Source: Synechococcales cyanobacterium VAR_4_metabat_354 (GTDB taxonomy: Bacteria; Cyanobacteriota; Cyanobacteriia; Cyanobacteriales; Chamaesiphonaceae). Taken from it: a stretch of DNA of 64,000 nucleotides. The stretch is from NCBI GenBank assembly GCA_031414775.1, contig JANOQI010000048.1, positions 1-64,000 on the forward strand. Direction: 5' to 3'. The notes below the pieces were generated by a model. The model had not been told where the DNA came from. It did no database searches and saw only the letters and a program-made list of their open reading frames with translations. Position numbers and translations under genes: made by a program. Positions 1 through 9,591 of this stretch are shown here, piece by piece (positions within the stretch are counted from its first letter, which is position 1; each line of letters begins with the position of its first letter).

Positions 1-253
1 TTTCTTCAGCAATCTTGTTCCACAGATCAATGCTAAAGCCGCTTAGTTGACCATTCTCTTCGGTGACAAAAGGTGGCAGTACTTTAGTGGCTATTTTTAA
101 AGTCTTATTGATTGCTGGTGTTGGAGAAGGAGAGTTTACCGGTTGAGCTATGACACTGCTCACTAATCCTAGAGAAAGCATTCCAGAGATTAAAACGATG
201 CTGAACAAACGTTTGGATTGCCGAGTCCAGATTGAGCGAAGTGTTTTGCGCAT
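1..253 (-). CDS. Amino-acid-type substrate-binding protein (ABC SBP or GluR0-like channel N-terminus); partial, runs off the window
   Basis: Manual translation from ATG at 253: MRKTLRSIWTRQSKRLFSIVLISGMLSLGLVSSVIAQ...LKIATKVLPPFVTEENGQLSGFSIDLWNKIAEE. Signal peptide plus the PPF...GFSIDLW motif of family-3 solute-binding domains. Confidence 0.8.
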   Translation of the reverse strand, partial: MRKTLRSIWTRQSKRLFSIVLISGMLSLGLVSSVIAQPVNSPSPTPAINKTLKIATKVLPPFVTEENGQLSGFSIDLWNKIAEE

Positions 254-263
254 GTTACTGCTG

Positions 264-420
264 ATATTAATGCCTAAGAGAATGTGACGTACTCCCACCG
301 CTAACCGCTTAGGCGGTCTAGCGGGGGCTTCTCAAATTCACAAATGAGATTTCTTGCTTTACAGGCAGGATAACCCCTAAGCCTCCACAAGCAGCAAACG
401 ACCGTCCAGTCGTCCGTTTT
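264..420 (-). ncRNA. Predicted TnpB omega/reRNA region (tnpB 3' end + right end + ~20-nt flank as guide)
   Basis: Established architecture of IS605 TnpB guide RNAs. Right-end hairpin at 293-331 and TCAC terminus seen; flank reads ATTCTCTTAGGCATTAATAT. The 5' boundary is not determinable. Confidence 0.5.
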
Positions 421-1613
421 AGCACATTAATACTCGCGTTGTAATCTCTATCTAAACTAATTCCGCAATTTGGACAACTATGAACTCGTTCAGACAACGG
501 CTTTACAACCCTTTCATCACAGTTAAAACATTCAATACTAGTTCCTCTAGCATCCACTTCCTGGGTATGCTTGCCGCATTTTACTGCCACTGCTTGCAAT
601 ATGTTCAGAAATGTTCGCCAAGCAACATCCAGTATCGATTTAGCTAGTCTAGTTTTAGCCAGACCCTTGATATTCAGCTTCTCGAATCCAATCAGATCGT
701 ATTTTGTACATAACCAATGTGCTACCGAATAGTGAAAGTCTTTTCGTTGACGAGCAATGTGCAAATGTAGTCTAGCTACTTTATTTGCTTGCTTAAAATA
801 GTTGTTAGCTCCTTTCAGCTGCCTTGACAACTTCCGTTGAAGGCGAGCGAGTACTACTTGAGATTTACGATAAAACTGTGGTACTGCGATAGCTTCAGCA
901 TCAGATGTGGTGAGAAACTTTTCCAGCCCTACGTCAATTCCACAAGCATTTTTTATCTTATCAAGAGGTATAGCCGTTGGAACAGAGCCATCTTCAATTG
1001 CAAAACTGACATACCAGCCATCTGCTTTGCTCACGATTGTGGCTTGATTGATCTCAAAGCCTTCTGGGATTTGGCGGTGTAAAACTACTTCCATTTCTCC
1101 GATTTTGGATAGCTTTAGTACTGCAAGAGTTTCGCCTGAGTTCACCTCGGGCGCTTGCCCTGCACCTAAGCTATTACCCAGCAGATGCGCTCCGGCTTTA
1201 GCTGAGTTCACCCGAGGGAAAGTAAAAGAACAAATATCACCTCGCTTTTTAAATAGCGGTCTGCCGCCTCGTTTACCAGCCTTGTCAGGAATCAACCATC
1301 TTTTCCATGATTTGTCCAACCGCATTAAATTCTGTTGTTGACAGTCAGTATAAATTCCTTTGTATTCAGGAAATAGTCGCTTAGTCTCTTTCAAGTCAGA
1401 AGCTTGTGAGTAGTAATCAACCTTTTCGGGTATCTCTCCAATCGGTTCAGAGATTAAGCTGCATCTATTAATTTGGCATCTACTCCGGCGCAACCAGTCT
1501 AGTCTTTGGCCTAATGCCCAGTTCCAATGACGGCGCAACATCTCGCCCCAGTGGCTTAATACCTCCACCTGTTCGGCACTTGGCTTGATTTTGAACTGGT
1601 AAGTAAGTAGCAT
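318..1613 (-). CDS. tnpB: RNA-guided endonuclease TnpB (IS605 OrfB)
   Basis: Probable start MLLTYQFKIKP. RuvC residues GIDVG (D), IGFEKL (E) and DRDYNAS (D), plus Zn finger CFNC/CPNC. Confidence 0.95.
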   Translation of the reverse strand: MLLTYQFKIKPSAEQVEVLSHWGEMLRRHWNWALGQRLDWLRRSRCQINRCSLISEPIGEIPEKVDYYSQASDLKETKRLFPEYKGIYTDCQQQNLMRLDKSWKRWLIPDKAGKRGGRPLFKKRGDICSFTFPRVNSAKAGAHLLGNSLGAGQAPEVNSGETLAVLKLSKIGEMEVVLHRQIPEGFEINQATIVSKADGWYVSFAIEDGSVPTAIPLDKIKNACGIDVGLEKFLTTSDAEAIAVPQFYRKSQVVLARLQRKLSRQLKGANNYFKQANKVARLHLHIARQRKDFHYSVAHWLCTKYDLIGFEKLNIKGLAKTRLAKSILDVAWRTFLNILQAVAVKCGKHTQEVDARGTSIECFNCDERVVKPLSERVHSCPNCGISLDRDYNASINVLKRTTGRSFAACGGLGVILPVKQEISFVNLRSPR

Positions 1614-1640
1614 ACTAGTTATCATATCATTTTCAGTGCT

Positions 1641-2032
1641 GTGCAGTATAACAAAGGCTACCGCTGTGTTTACTCTCTTAATATTCACTTGGTGTTAGTT
1701 ACAAAGTATCGGCGTAAAGTTATAAATCAAGAAATATTGAACCGACTGCATGAAATATTTACTAACACCTGCGAGAAGTGGAATACTAAGCTAACTGATT
1801 TTAACGGTGAATCGGATCATGTTCATTTGGTCATAGATTTTCCGCCAGATGTGGAAATTAGCAAGCTAGTAAATAATCTTAAAACTGTCTCTAGCCGCTT
1901 GATTCGCAAAGAATTTTTGAATATAACAAGCCAGTATTTTGGTCTGGGGCTTATTTTGTCGCTAGTTGCGGTGGTGTCACTATTGAACAAGTCAAGCAAT
2001 ATGTTGAAAAGACTTGCCACGCACGCACCTGA
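1641..2032 (+). pseudogene. tnpA: IS200-type Y1 transposase TnpA, frameshifted
   Basis: HLVLVTKYRR and the HUH motif DHVH are in frame 1. The conserved C-terminus YNKPVFWSGAYFVASCGGVTIEQVKQYVE, containing the catalytic Tyr, is in a different frame from ~1922 and stops at 2032. Confidence 0.85.
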
Positions 2033-2075
2033 GGTGACCTCAGGTGATCGTGAAGCACTTCAAACTGCGATTCCA

Positions 2076-2235
2076 GATTAATTGGCGCTTCTTCGTCCAC
2101 TCCTCTCTCTGCCAAGAACTCTGTTTGTCGGATTGGTCGGGGGTGGAACTCGTCAGCGCCCTGCTATCCCCCGTCACCGCCAAACGGATACCGTTCTGGC
2201 GGGAGTACCCCGCAGCTGAGATGGCCGCGTAAAGA
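2076..2235 (+). ncRNA. ssrS: 6S RNA
   Basis: Motifs GGCGCTTCTTCGTC...AAGAACTCTGTTTG...CCGTTCTGGCGGGAGTAC..CGCAGC...ATGGCCGCGTAA match cyanobacterial 6S (ssaA) RNA as I recall it. GC-rich non-coding rod; ends approximate. Confidence 0.85.
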
Positions 2236-2345
2236 TTTACAATTACTCCAAAATCGGACAATCCATGCCAAAGTCTACTTCGATCCCAAATCCCAACATC
2301 CAGTAGTAATAATGTGATCGCCTTCCCCCAAAAACAGCGTGAACA

Positions 2346-3344
2346 TCAAATATCCAAAATTTTCTCAGCTACAGCCGAACCAGACAGAAAAGCTGATTCC
2401 ACCCGATTTCCCCCACACCAGTCTCCACAAAAATACAGTGGAGTCTGCACCTTGGCAGTAAGAAATAAATCGGGCAGAGGATTCTGGGCAAAAGCATAGC
2501 CCCAGCGATGCACCTGTAAGATTTCGGGAGAATCTAACCCTATAGCGAAAGGTGTAGCAGCAGCCAAAAGCCGTTTACCAATCACCTCTAAATCTGGAGC
2601 ATCAAAATATTCAGCGGCAAAAGCAGCACTACTTTGCATCACCAAGACAGGATGAAGTGGCTTTAGCTGCTTTGAACTATCCAAACCAATCCAGCCCAGC
2701 ACTGGATGATCGATACCTTGAATTCCGCGCCAAGCTAATTGAGCAGCGGTAGCTTGCTGATTTCTCGGAAAAACGGCGATCACGGTAATCGAAGTAGTAA
2801 AATTCACAAGGCTCATCTGGCCAAAGCAGTTAGTATCAGCCACCATGCCAGCAATCGCTAGAGCTTGAGCCGGAGGAACTGCGACCACAACTTGCTCTGC
2901 ATTCCACTGACAATCAGCGGAGTTTAACTGCCATCCGTTACCGATCGGCGAAATTGCAGTGATGGCTTGACTGTTAATGATCTCTAAATTTTGTCCCAGA
3001 TACTTAGCGATCGCGGTGGCTCCAGAGGGTGCTGCATAGCAAGGCGCAAATTTCACGGGCGGCTGTAGAACTCCATCTGCAGTCAAACGATGAATTCCCT
3101 GCGTCCAAACCCGCAGAATCTGCTGATTTACCAATTTATCGATCAACTCACCAAAGGCTGCTCCTTTCGGTTGAAGATAACAAACTCCATGATCAGCGTG
3201 AGTACCAGCCAAGCGACGAGTGGCTAAACGTCCGCCCAAACCCCGCGATTTATCAAAAACTACCACCCGTCGCCCAGCCTGCTGCAATTTTTGGGCACAG
3301 GTTAAACCAGCAACTCCAGCACCGATTACGGCAATTTCAAACAT
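2346..3344 (-). CDS. FAD-dependent oxidoreductase (renalase-like)
   Basis: GAGVAG Rossmann motif, DKSRGLGGRLATRR, C-terminal CGDW..G.RVESAFLSG. Confidence 0.9.
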   Translation of the reverse strand: MFEIAVIGAGVAGLTCAQKLQQAGRRVVVFDKSRGLGGRLATRRLAGTHADHGVCYLQPKGAAFGELIDKLVNQQILRVWTQGIHRLTADGVLQPPVKFAPCYAAPSGATAIAKYLGQNLEIINSQAITAISPIGNGWQLNSADCQWNAEQVVVAVPPAQALAIAGMVADTNCFGQMSLVNFTTSITVIAVFPRNQQATAAQLAWRGIQGIDHPVLGWIGLDSSKQLKPLHPVLVMQSSAAFAAEYFDAPDLEVIGKRLLAAATPFAIGLDSPEILQVHRWGYAFAQNPLPDLFLTAKVQTPLYFCGDWCGGNRVESAFLSGSAVAEKILDI

Positions 3345-3522
3345 CGATGACTGACCTTGGCTGAATTAAAATTACGATTCAAAGCTTGATCGCTCCGTCT
3401 ACTAACCCGATCTAATCCTGTTATGTCCTCGTTGCCACTGTCCAACTCATCCATATAAGTTATCTATCCAAAAACGAGTTTAAGGTTACCATAGCGCTTC
3501 ATCTAGTGACGTTTCATAGTCA

Positions 3523-3705
3523 CTATTCTAACTCTAGCCAGTTATCCACTTGGGCATTGAGTAGCTGATTTTCATAGCGGCGATTTCGGCGACGGCCTTT
3601 GGCTGGTGAAGCTCGTTTGGCAGAACGTTTGTCTTGGACTATTCGATTAATATCTGGGGCATCATCCCAGTTGTTAAGATCTTCAGGGGAAGTACATTTG
3701 GTCAT
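3523..3705 (-). CDS. Small basic hypothetical protein (60 aa)
   Basis: MTKCTSPEDLNNWDD...DKRSAKRASPAKGRRRNRRYENQLL; protein-like composition; lies downstream of hli. Confidence 0.55.
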   Translation of the reverse strand: MTKCTSPEDLNNWDDAPDINRIVQDKRSAKRASPAKGRRRNRRYENQLLNAQVDNWLELE

Positions 3706-3777
3706 TTGTAGCAAAATATCGTCAGTGGAAAAGAGTAGAAATGCAGCCGCAGCATTTCTACTCCTCAATAGTTAAGC

Positions 3778-3984
3778 CTATGGCATCGTCGATGTAATTA
3801 CTGCGGTCGTGTGCAATATATCATAGAAGTGTAGAACGCCCTGACGAGATAAGTATTCAGTCAGCAGGACAGCCGAGAATCCCAGCATTGCAAGCCGACC
3901 ATTCCAAATCTCAGCTTGAGGTGTAAAACCCCACGCCCAGCCGTTGCGATCGATAGGGGTGGTTGCTTTTTTAGAACTTTCCAT
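3778..3984 (-). CDS. hli: High-light-inducible protein (HLIP/SCP)
   Basis: WGFTPQAEIWNGRLAMLGF chlorophyll-binding motif. Confidence 0.95.
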   Translation of the reverse strand: MESSKKATTPIDRNGWAWGFTPQAEIWNGRLAMLGFSAVLLTEYLSRQGVLHFYDILHTTAVITSTMP

Positions 3985-4092
3985 GATGGCTACTCCAGAT
4001 TTATGGTTGTGAGAATTAGATCAAAAGATTAGCGAAGGCTTACTTCCCATTGAAGGGTTGGGAAAAAGCTTTGATTGACTGTTTCACCAAGC

Positions 4093-4140
4093 TTAACAAA
4101 CTTTATCAGTTGTTTACATATGTTAATATTTTCTTAACAA
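4093..4140. promoter_or_regulatory. HLR1-like (RpaB) direct-repeat array upstream of hli
   Basis: TTAACAAA / TTTATCAG / TTTACATA / TTAATATT / TTAACAA at ~10-bp periodicity. HLR1 sites are established upstream of hli genes. Confidence 0.55.
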
Positions 4141-4372
4141 CATGACCTAGTGACGCTACAATACAACGATTTTAGCGCGTCAGTCTAACGGGTAAATCAA
4201 CGGTTAGAGCTAATCAAAAGTCTCAACTCCTACCTTTAGTCGTCGATTTCCTCCAACCCAAAGTCGTCGGGGTCGTCATCAGCCAGACCATCCTCGACAT
4301 CATCCCTATCAGTGCTCAAGTCGAACGGCAAAGCCTCTGAACCGCCGCCACTAAGAGCTAGGTGGGGAGCCA

Positions 4373-4618
4373 TTAATAGCTCCTGATACACAGCGTTGGG
4401 ATCTCATTTTGAATAACATCCCAAACAATGGTGAGATTTACATCCTCATATTGATGAACTAAACGATTTCGCATTCCGTTGATTTCCTGCCACGAAATTT
4501 TTGGCAAGGTTTGGCGAGTTGCCTCTGATACTCGTCTGGCAGCTTCAGCAATTATTAATAGTCTTCGAATCACTGAATCTTGAAGTTGGATATTCTCAAC
4601 AAACTCATTGCTAGAGCA
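4373..4618 (-). pseudogene. HepT/DUF86 HEPN ribonuclease toxin, 5'-truncated remnant
   Basis: CSSNEFVENIQLQDSVIRRLLIIAEAARR...MRNRLVHQY (R-X4-H-X-Y). An in-frame stop lies directly upstream; no N-terminus and no MNT partner. Confidence 0.8.
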
Positions 4619-4667
4619 TTAATTCGATTTTAAAGTTTTTCCTCTTGTTAGAATATCACTTTCGACT

Positions 4668-7600
4668 TTATCGATCGACTAAACTTTTTACCGTTAATAA
4701 TTTCTGAAACCGGCGTGGCCGCTGCCGATATGGCCAGCTCCTTTGCTGAGCCACCGCCCAACCAACCAAACTGACTACGCCCACCACCAACCAAACTAAT
4801 GGATTACAGGTAGATAGTATCACCGATAACATTAAGAACATCGCCAAGAAACTACGCATCATCAACCGCAGTGGCTGGAGTGATATTTTTAGTACCAGCT
4901 TGGTACCCCGAGACTGTAACCACCAATACCAAGCCTGCAACAATCGATCGCCCTTGATTCCAACCAAACGATAGAGTGAATTTTGACGCAATTTTTCGGC
5001 TCGGCGCTTTCCCCAAAAATTAACGGATACATCCCGTAAGGCCAGCACGAAACGCGATGTCCAATTAATCCACACCATCCCCGGCGTATTCTCAAACAAC
5101 TTTTCCGAACCCACCTTATATTGCTTCCGAAAAAACTGCTCCTGTTCTGTCGTTAAGTGATACAAAGATTCTTTAGTAATCTCTTGAGCCATTTGCATCG
5201 TGCTGGACTTCAGAGGATCTTGGATTAAAGCCTGAGACAGCTGATTTCCCCACTGCTGGTTCTGTACTGCTGCTACTCGAAAAACTCGATCCAAATCTGT
5301 ATCTACCAGTTGGCGATGTCCAGCTCTCACCAAATCATTCAACAAATCATGCAGCTGATCAGCAGTAATTTCCAAACCAGGTTTCGCAACATATGTAAGA
5401 TGCGCTTTCAGTTGCTGACGCTCTTGGCCGACTAGCTCCGGCAATGATTCACTCAACAAAAACTCTAGATAATCATCAGCAGTCATCGATAGTCGGATTG
5501 ATTCTCGCTGCACTAAACCACTAAAACACTTGACCGTCATCGGACTAACAATGCCTTCAATAATCTTGTTTAAACCATCCAGTCGTCCCCACAAAAAATC
5601 GTTAGCCCGCCAAGACTTATGGAAAAGACCACCAGTCACATAGAAATCATCCCCAGCTAATTTTTCTTGTTCTGACTTACCCTGCCCCCAACCCAACTGA
5701 GCAGTGGCCGGACTAATTCGTACAGTGGACAGAGGTTCTTTCTGCTCCAAATTAGTTAAGTATTCAAAGGGATAAAGCACCTGATCGAGATGTTCAAAAC
5801 TTTGGAATTTTTGCAATAGCGATTGAGCCGCAGTAGCTGGCGAATTATATAGCAACATAGTAGTTGCCGATTCCACCTGGGTCAGCATACTCAAAAAACG
5901 CTGATTTCCGCGCTGATCGTAGTGAAAGCGCTGTTTATTCCAAATGTATTGACCTTGATTCGCTGCGTCAGCCAAAACTTTAATTTTTTGCTGTAACTGC
6001 TGCCATATCGTTGAAATTTGCTCAGAAGGTAGCCATCCCGATGACATTTCGTTGGCAGTCAAAGGTAGATTAAGAAACAACTCTGACAAAGCCAACATCC
6101 CATCCAAGTGCTCTGGAGACTCATTTAAAGTCGGTAACAATAGTGGTAGTGATTGTACATCTAAAAAATAGCGATGCAGCCGAAAGATATATTCATAGAC
6201 CAAAGGACGCAGGAAATAATCTGACTTTTTGACGCCCAACATGGCGTAAAAATTGTCACTGATCACCAAATTGCTCAAAAGTTTTTGCAGACCAGCTTTG
6301 ATTACTTCTAAAAGCTGAATGCTCTGACCAATTTGTCTAATCAAGACTTCTAGGTAAAAACGATCATTAGGAGACTGAGTTGCTATCAACTGTTCATGAA
6401 TTTTGTGCGTCAGATACAAATGCTGGCGCAGGCTGTAGTCCACATCCAGCTGGGTCATCTGTGGCGCAAAATCCTGGAGACATTCCTCCCGCTGCTCCTT
6501 AGCCGCCTGACCAACATGATGATGAGTGAGTAGCCGTGCTACTCGCTCTGCTTCTGATTGCCGACCACTATCACCGCCAGCAGCTAAGCATAGTAATTGG
6601 GGAATCACTTGAGTTCGCAAATTAATCAGCCGACTACGCAGATAAATATTTTTTTGGAGCTGTAGTTCAGAATTATGAGCTGGGGTATCTAGGCTGGCTT
6701 CGGCATGAGCCAATAACTCTTGGTAACGCTGTACTTTTTGATTGTGTTCTTGGAGATGTCGCAGGTCAGTTACTACACTGTGGTACATCGGAATATCTAG
6801 AACGCGAGCGCGCACCAATTGTGGGGAATTAGATTGGGTGACTCTGGCGGTCTCAGCTTGCTCACTCCATTTTTTCGGAGCGGGATCGATATAGAACAAC
6901 ACTCGCTGTGTCCAGCGATTCAATGTTTGATAGTGAATCGCTCGGGTGGCTGGCATAAAGGGGGCATTATCGAGTAAGCCCCCATCCAAAAAACTGATTT
7001 GTTTACCCTCCAATCGATGTTGCCAGGTTCTTTGATCGAGCTGACCCCAAATTTCTAGCTGTCGATCGACTAAATTCTGAGAGTTATTGAGATCGACCTG
7101 CACCATCGGAAATACCATTGGCAAAGCCGAAGTAAGACGACAGAGTTTAGCCAATGACTGAAAAGTATGTTGGGGCTTTGCTCCGGCCAAATTCAAGCTG
7201 AGCGGATTAAAAGGTTCTTTGCGTCCCTGACGATGCTTAAGATGAAATAGGCCGTGGTGGTCTTGAACTTCAGTAACTGCACCACTACCATCAAAAGTCC
7301 GATAAGTCTTACCCCAAAAATCTGTGCCCGTCACAAACAGGTCTAATTCTCGAAACTGAGAAACCCACTCTCGCTCTGGAGGCGGTACTCGGCGCTGAAA
7401 AGCGTTAACAAAGGCTACTTCCAACTGTTGCTGCTGATAACCGTCATCATCCAACAAAACACCAACCGCCGCCGGTGACTGACGCAGCAATTGATAGATA
7501 TCTCCACTGTTTTGCCAAACTTCATTGAAGGTATTAAAATCTACTGTCTCGGTGTCGGTACTATTGGTCAGCGCGTAACTTAAAAGTACGCTATTGATAC

Positions 7601-7814
7601 CGCCAACGGAGGTACCAGAGAGAGTATCTACGACGACATCAGCATCCACCAGTGCTTTGAGCAGTTTATATATACCACGCCCGCGCACAGCCTGATAAAA
7701 TTCCTGACAGACTCCACTCGTGTAAATAGATAAAGAAATACCACTGTAGGCTACTAGCCCCAGACGAACTTCTCGACTAAAAGTTGGTTGGCTATTAGGT
7801 AATGCTGATTCCAT
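4668..7814 (-). CDS. Patatin-like protein with DUF3376-type C-terminal region and terminal TM helices
   Basis: SGTSVGG nucleophile elbow, LDGGLLDN, WRANDFLWGRLDG, hydrophobic C-terminus. Confidence 0.85.
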   Translation of the reverse strand: MESALPNSQPTFSREVRLGLVAYSGISLSIYTSGVCQEFYQAVRGRGIYKLLKALVDADVVVDTLSGTSVGGINSVLLSYALTNSTDTETVDFNTFNEVWQNSGDIYQLLRQSPAAVGVLLDDDGYQQQQLEVAFVNAFQRRVPPPEREWVSQFRELDLFVTGTDFWGKTYRTFDGSGAVTEVQDHHGLFHLKHRQGRKEPFNPLSLNLAGAKPQHTFQSLAKLCRLTSALPMVFPMVQVDLNNSQNLVDRQLEIWGQLDQRTWQHRLEGKQISFLDGGLLDNAPFMPATRAIHYQTLNRWTQRVLFYIDPAPKKWSEQAETARVTQSNSPQLVRARVLDIPMYHSVVTDLRHLQEHNQKVQRYQELLAHAEASLDTPAHNSELQLQKNIYLRSRLINLRTQVIPQLLCLAAGGDSGRQSEAERVARLLTHHHVGQAAKEQREECLQDFAPQMTQLDVDYSLRQHLYLTHKIHEQLIATQSPNDRFYLEVLIRQIGQSIQLLEVIKAGLQKLLSNLVISDNFYAMLGVKKSDYFLRPLVYEYIFRLHRYFLDVQSLPLLLPTLNESPEHLDGMLALSELFLNLPLTANEMSSGWLPSEQISTIWQQLQQKIKVLADAANQGQYIWNKQRFHYDQRGNQRFLSMLTQVESATTMLLYNSPATAAQSLLQKFQSFEHLDQVLYPFEYLTNLEQKEPLSTVRISPATAQLGWGQGKSEQEKLAGDDFYVTGGLFHKSWRANDFLWGRLDGLNKIIEGIVSPMTVKCFSGLVQRESIRLSMTADDYLEFLLSESLPELVGQERQQLKAHLTYVAKPGLEITADQLHDLLNDLVRAGHRQLVDTDLDRVFRVAAVQNQQWGNQLSQALIQDPLKSSTMQMAQEITKESLYHLTTEQEQFFRKQYKVGSEKLFENTPGMVWINWTSRFVLALRDVSVNFWGKRRAEKLRQNSLYRLVGIKGDRLLQAWYWWLQSRGTKLVLKISLQPLRLMMRSFLAMFLMLSVILSTCNPLVWLVVGVVSLVGWAVAQQRSWPYRQRPRRFQKLLTVKSLVDR

Positions 7815-8195
7815 GCGGCAAAAGTGTTAGCAAAGAGCCGCCAAAAACGGTTTCACTCTCCAGGTAATTCCTCTCATTATCCTAAGCCATGCTCAATTTT
7901 TCGGTGAATTAGGAATCATCCAGAAGGCCATCAATTTCGCACGCCTCAGCAAAAATTACTAGCCCAGGCTCAAAAGCTCAACGGCTATCCAGACTGGGAT
8001 CTGGGCATTAATATAACTAAAATCACCTTCACTAGCAGCATCGCCAGAAGGAGAAGTCGATCGCATAAATCCGCTATTTGTCGCAGAGTCGTATTACCCA
8101 ATAAGGTGAAATTGACGGCTAACTCGATCAAAACAATGCTTGAAAGACGATAAGCATCAAGATAGAGTTGATAAAGAATATCTACATTTGCCCCC

Positions 8196-9431
8196 ATGCA
8201 GACCCTGCCCTCTCTCCATAGCAATAGTACTGAGACCCATAATCCACTTTGTACTGATGGTGTGATTCAGCGCCGCCGTACCCGTCCAGTCAAGGTAGGG
8301 AACATCACCATCGGTGGTCAGTACCCAGTGGTAGTGCAGTCGATGATTAATGAGGACACCTTAGATATCGAGGGGGCGGTCGCTGGGATTCGGAGGCTGC
8401 ACGAAATTGGCTGCGAAATTGTGCGGGTCACCGTGCCCAGTATGGCTCATGCCAAAGCTTTAGCCGAAATCAAAACCCGGTTGGTGGCTACCTATCAATT
8501 AGTGCCACTGGTGGCCGATGTGCATCACAACGGCATGAAAATTGCCTTGGAAGTGGCTAAGCATGTCGATAAAGTGCGGATCAATCCAGGTTTGTATGTG
8601 TTCGAGAAACCCCAGGATAATCGCACTGAGTATACCGCCGCCGAATTTGCCGAAATCGAAGACAAAATGCGATCGGCTTTAGAACCATTGATTATCAGTC
8701 TCCGTGATCAAGATAAGGCCATGCGGATTGGAGTCAATCATGGCTCCCTTGGCGAACGGATGCTGTTCACCTACGGTGATACGCCGCTGGGGATGGTCGA
8801 ATCGGCATTGGAATGTATTCGGATCTGTCGATCGCTAGATTTTCATAACATTGTAATATCCATGAAAGCCTCACGGGTACCGGTGATGCTCAGTGCCTAT
8901 CGGCTCTTGACCCAGCGTATGGATGCGGAAGACATGGACTATCCAGTTCATTTAGGTGTGACAGAGGCTGGAGATGGTGAATATGGCCGAATCAAGTCTA
9001 CGGCGGGCATTGGCACCTTGCTGGGCGAAGGCATTGGAGACACCATTCGGGTTTCGCTGACCGAAGCCCCCGAAAAGGAAATTCCGGTGTGCTATGGCAT
9101 TTTGCAAGCTCTGGGTCTGCGGAAAACGATGGTGGAATACGTAGCCTGCCCTTCCTGTGGCCGGACGCTCTTTAACTTAGAAGAAGTATTGCATCGAGTA
9201 CGTGAAGCCACTCAGCATCTGACTGGTCTAGATATTGCAGTGATGGGCTGTATTGTGAATGGGCCAGGGGAAATGGCCGACGCGGACTATGGTTACGTGG
9301 GTAAGCAACCCGGATATATTTCGTTGTATCGGGGCAAGGAGGAAATTAAGAAGGTGCCGGAAGCTGATGGGGTAGCAGAGTTGATTAGTTTGATTAAGGC
9401 TGACGATCGCTGGTTCGATCCGGAAACTTAA
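8196..9431 (+). CDS. ispG: (E)-4-hydroxy-3-methylbut-2-enyl-diphosphate synthase
   Basis: [42 protein letters not shown]. Confidence 0.98.
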   Translation: MQTLPSLHSNSTETHNPLCTDGVIQRRRTRPVKVGNITIGGQYPVVVQSMINEDTLDIEGAVAGIRRLHEIGCEIVRVTVPSMAHAKALAEIKTRLVATYQLVPLVADVHHNGMKIALEVAKHVDKVRINPGLYVFEKPQDNRTEYTAAEFAEIEDKMRSALEPLIISLRDQDKAMRIGVNHGSLGERMLFTYGDTPLGMVESALECIRICRSLDFHNIVISMKASRVPVMLSAYRLLTQRMDAEDMDYPVHLGVTEAGDGEYGRIKSTAGIGTLLGEGIGDTIRVSLTEAPEKEIPVCYGILQALGLRKTMVEYVACPSCGRTLFNLEEVLHRVREATQHLTGLDIAVMGCIVNGPGEMADADYGYVGKQPGYISLYRGKEEIKKVPEADGVAELISLIKADDRWFDPET

Positions 9432-9591
9432 CTAGCCACCAACTAAGGCATTAATTTGTAGGGATTTCTCACACAGTTGGTAAGCCCTCAAGTGAAGGCG
9501 GAAGCAGCATTCCACCCCAAAGTTTGGTTGGAGATAATTCGATGACTCTGCCAACAAACTATAATTTGGGGTGTTGGATCAGTTCTTGCCA

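Larger units (their letters stand above)
284..2058 (-). mobile_element. IS200/IS605-family insertion sequence (divergent tnpA/tnpB)
   Basis: tnpB plus tnpA. The right end (minus strand) is a hairpin GAAGCCCCCGCTAGACCGCCTAAGCGGTTAGCGGTGGGAG ending in ...TACGTCAC at 284. A left-end hairpin at ~2012-2058 is flanked by TTGAA (minus strand, 2059-2063). The left boundary is inferred. Confidence 0.85.

Noticed and set aside
1905..1930. Programmed ribosomal frameshift in tnpA
   Set aside because: No canonical slippery heptamer, and several residues appear to be missing; a deletion is more likely.
2040..2261. ORFs 2040-2261(-) and 2044-2232(+)
   Set aside because: Region is better explained by the IS end and the 6S RNA.
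4236..4312. Acidic peptide fragment DVEDGLADDDPDDFGLEEIDD* on the minus strand
   Set aside because: No start codon after an in-frame stop; an unassignable remnant at best.
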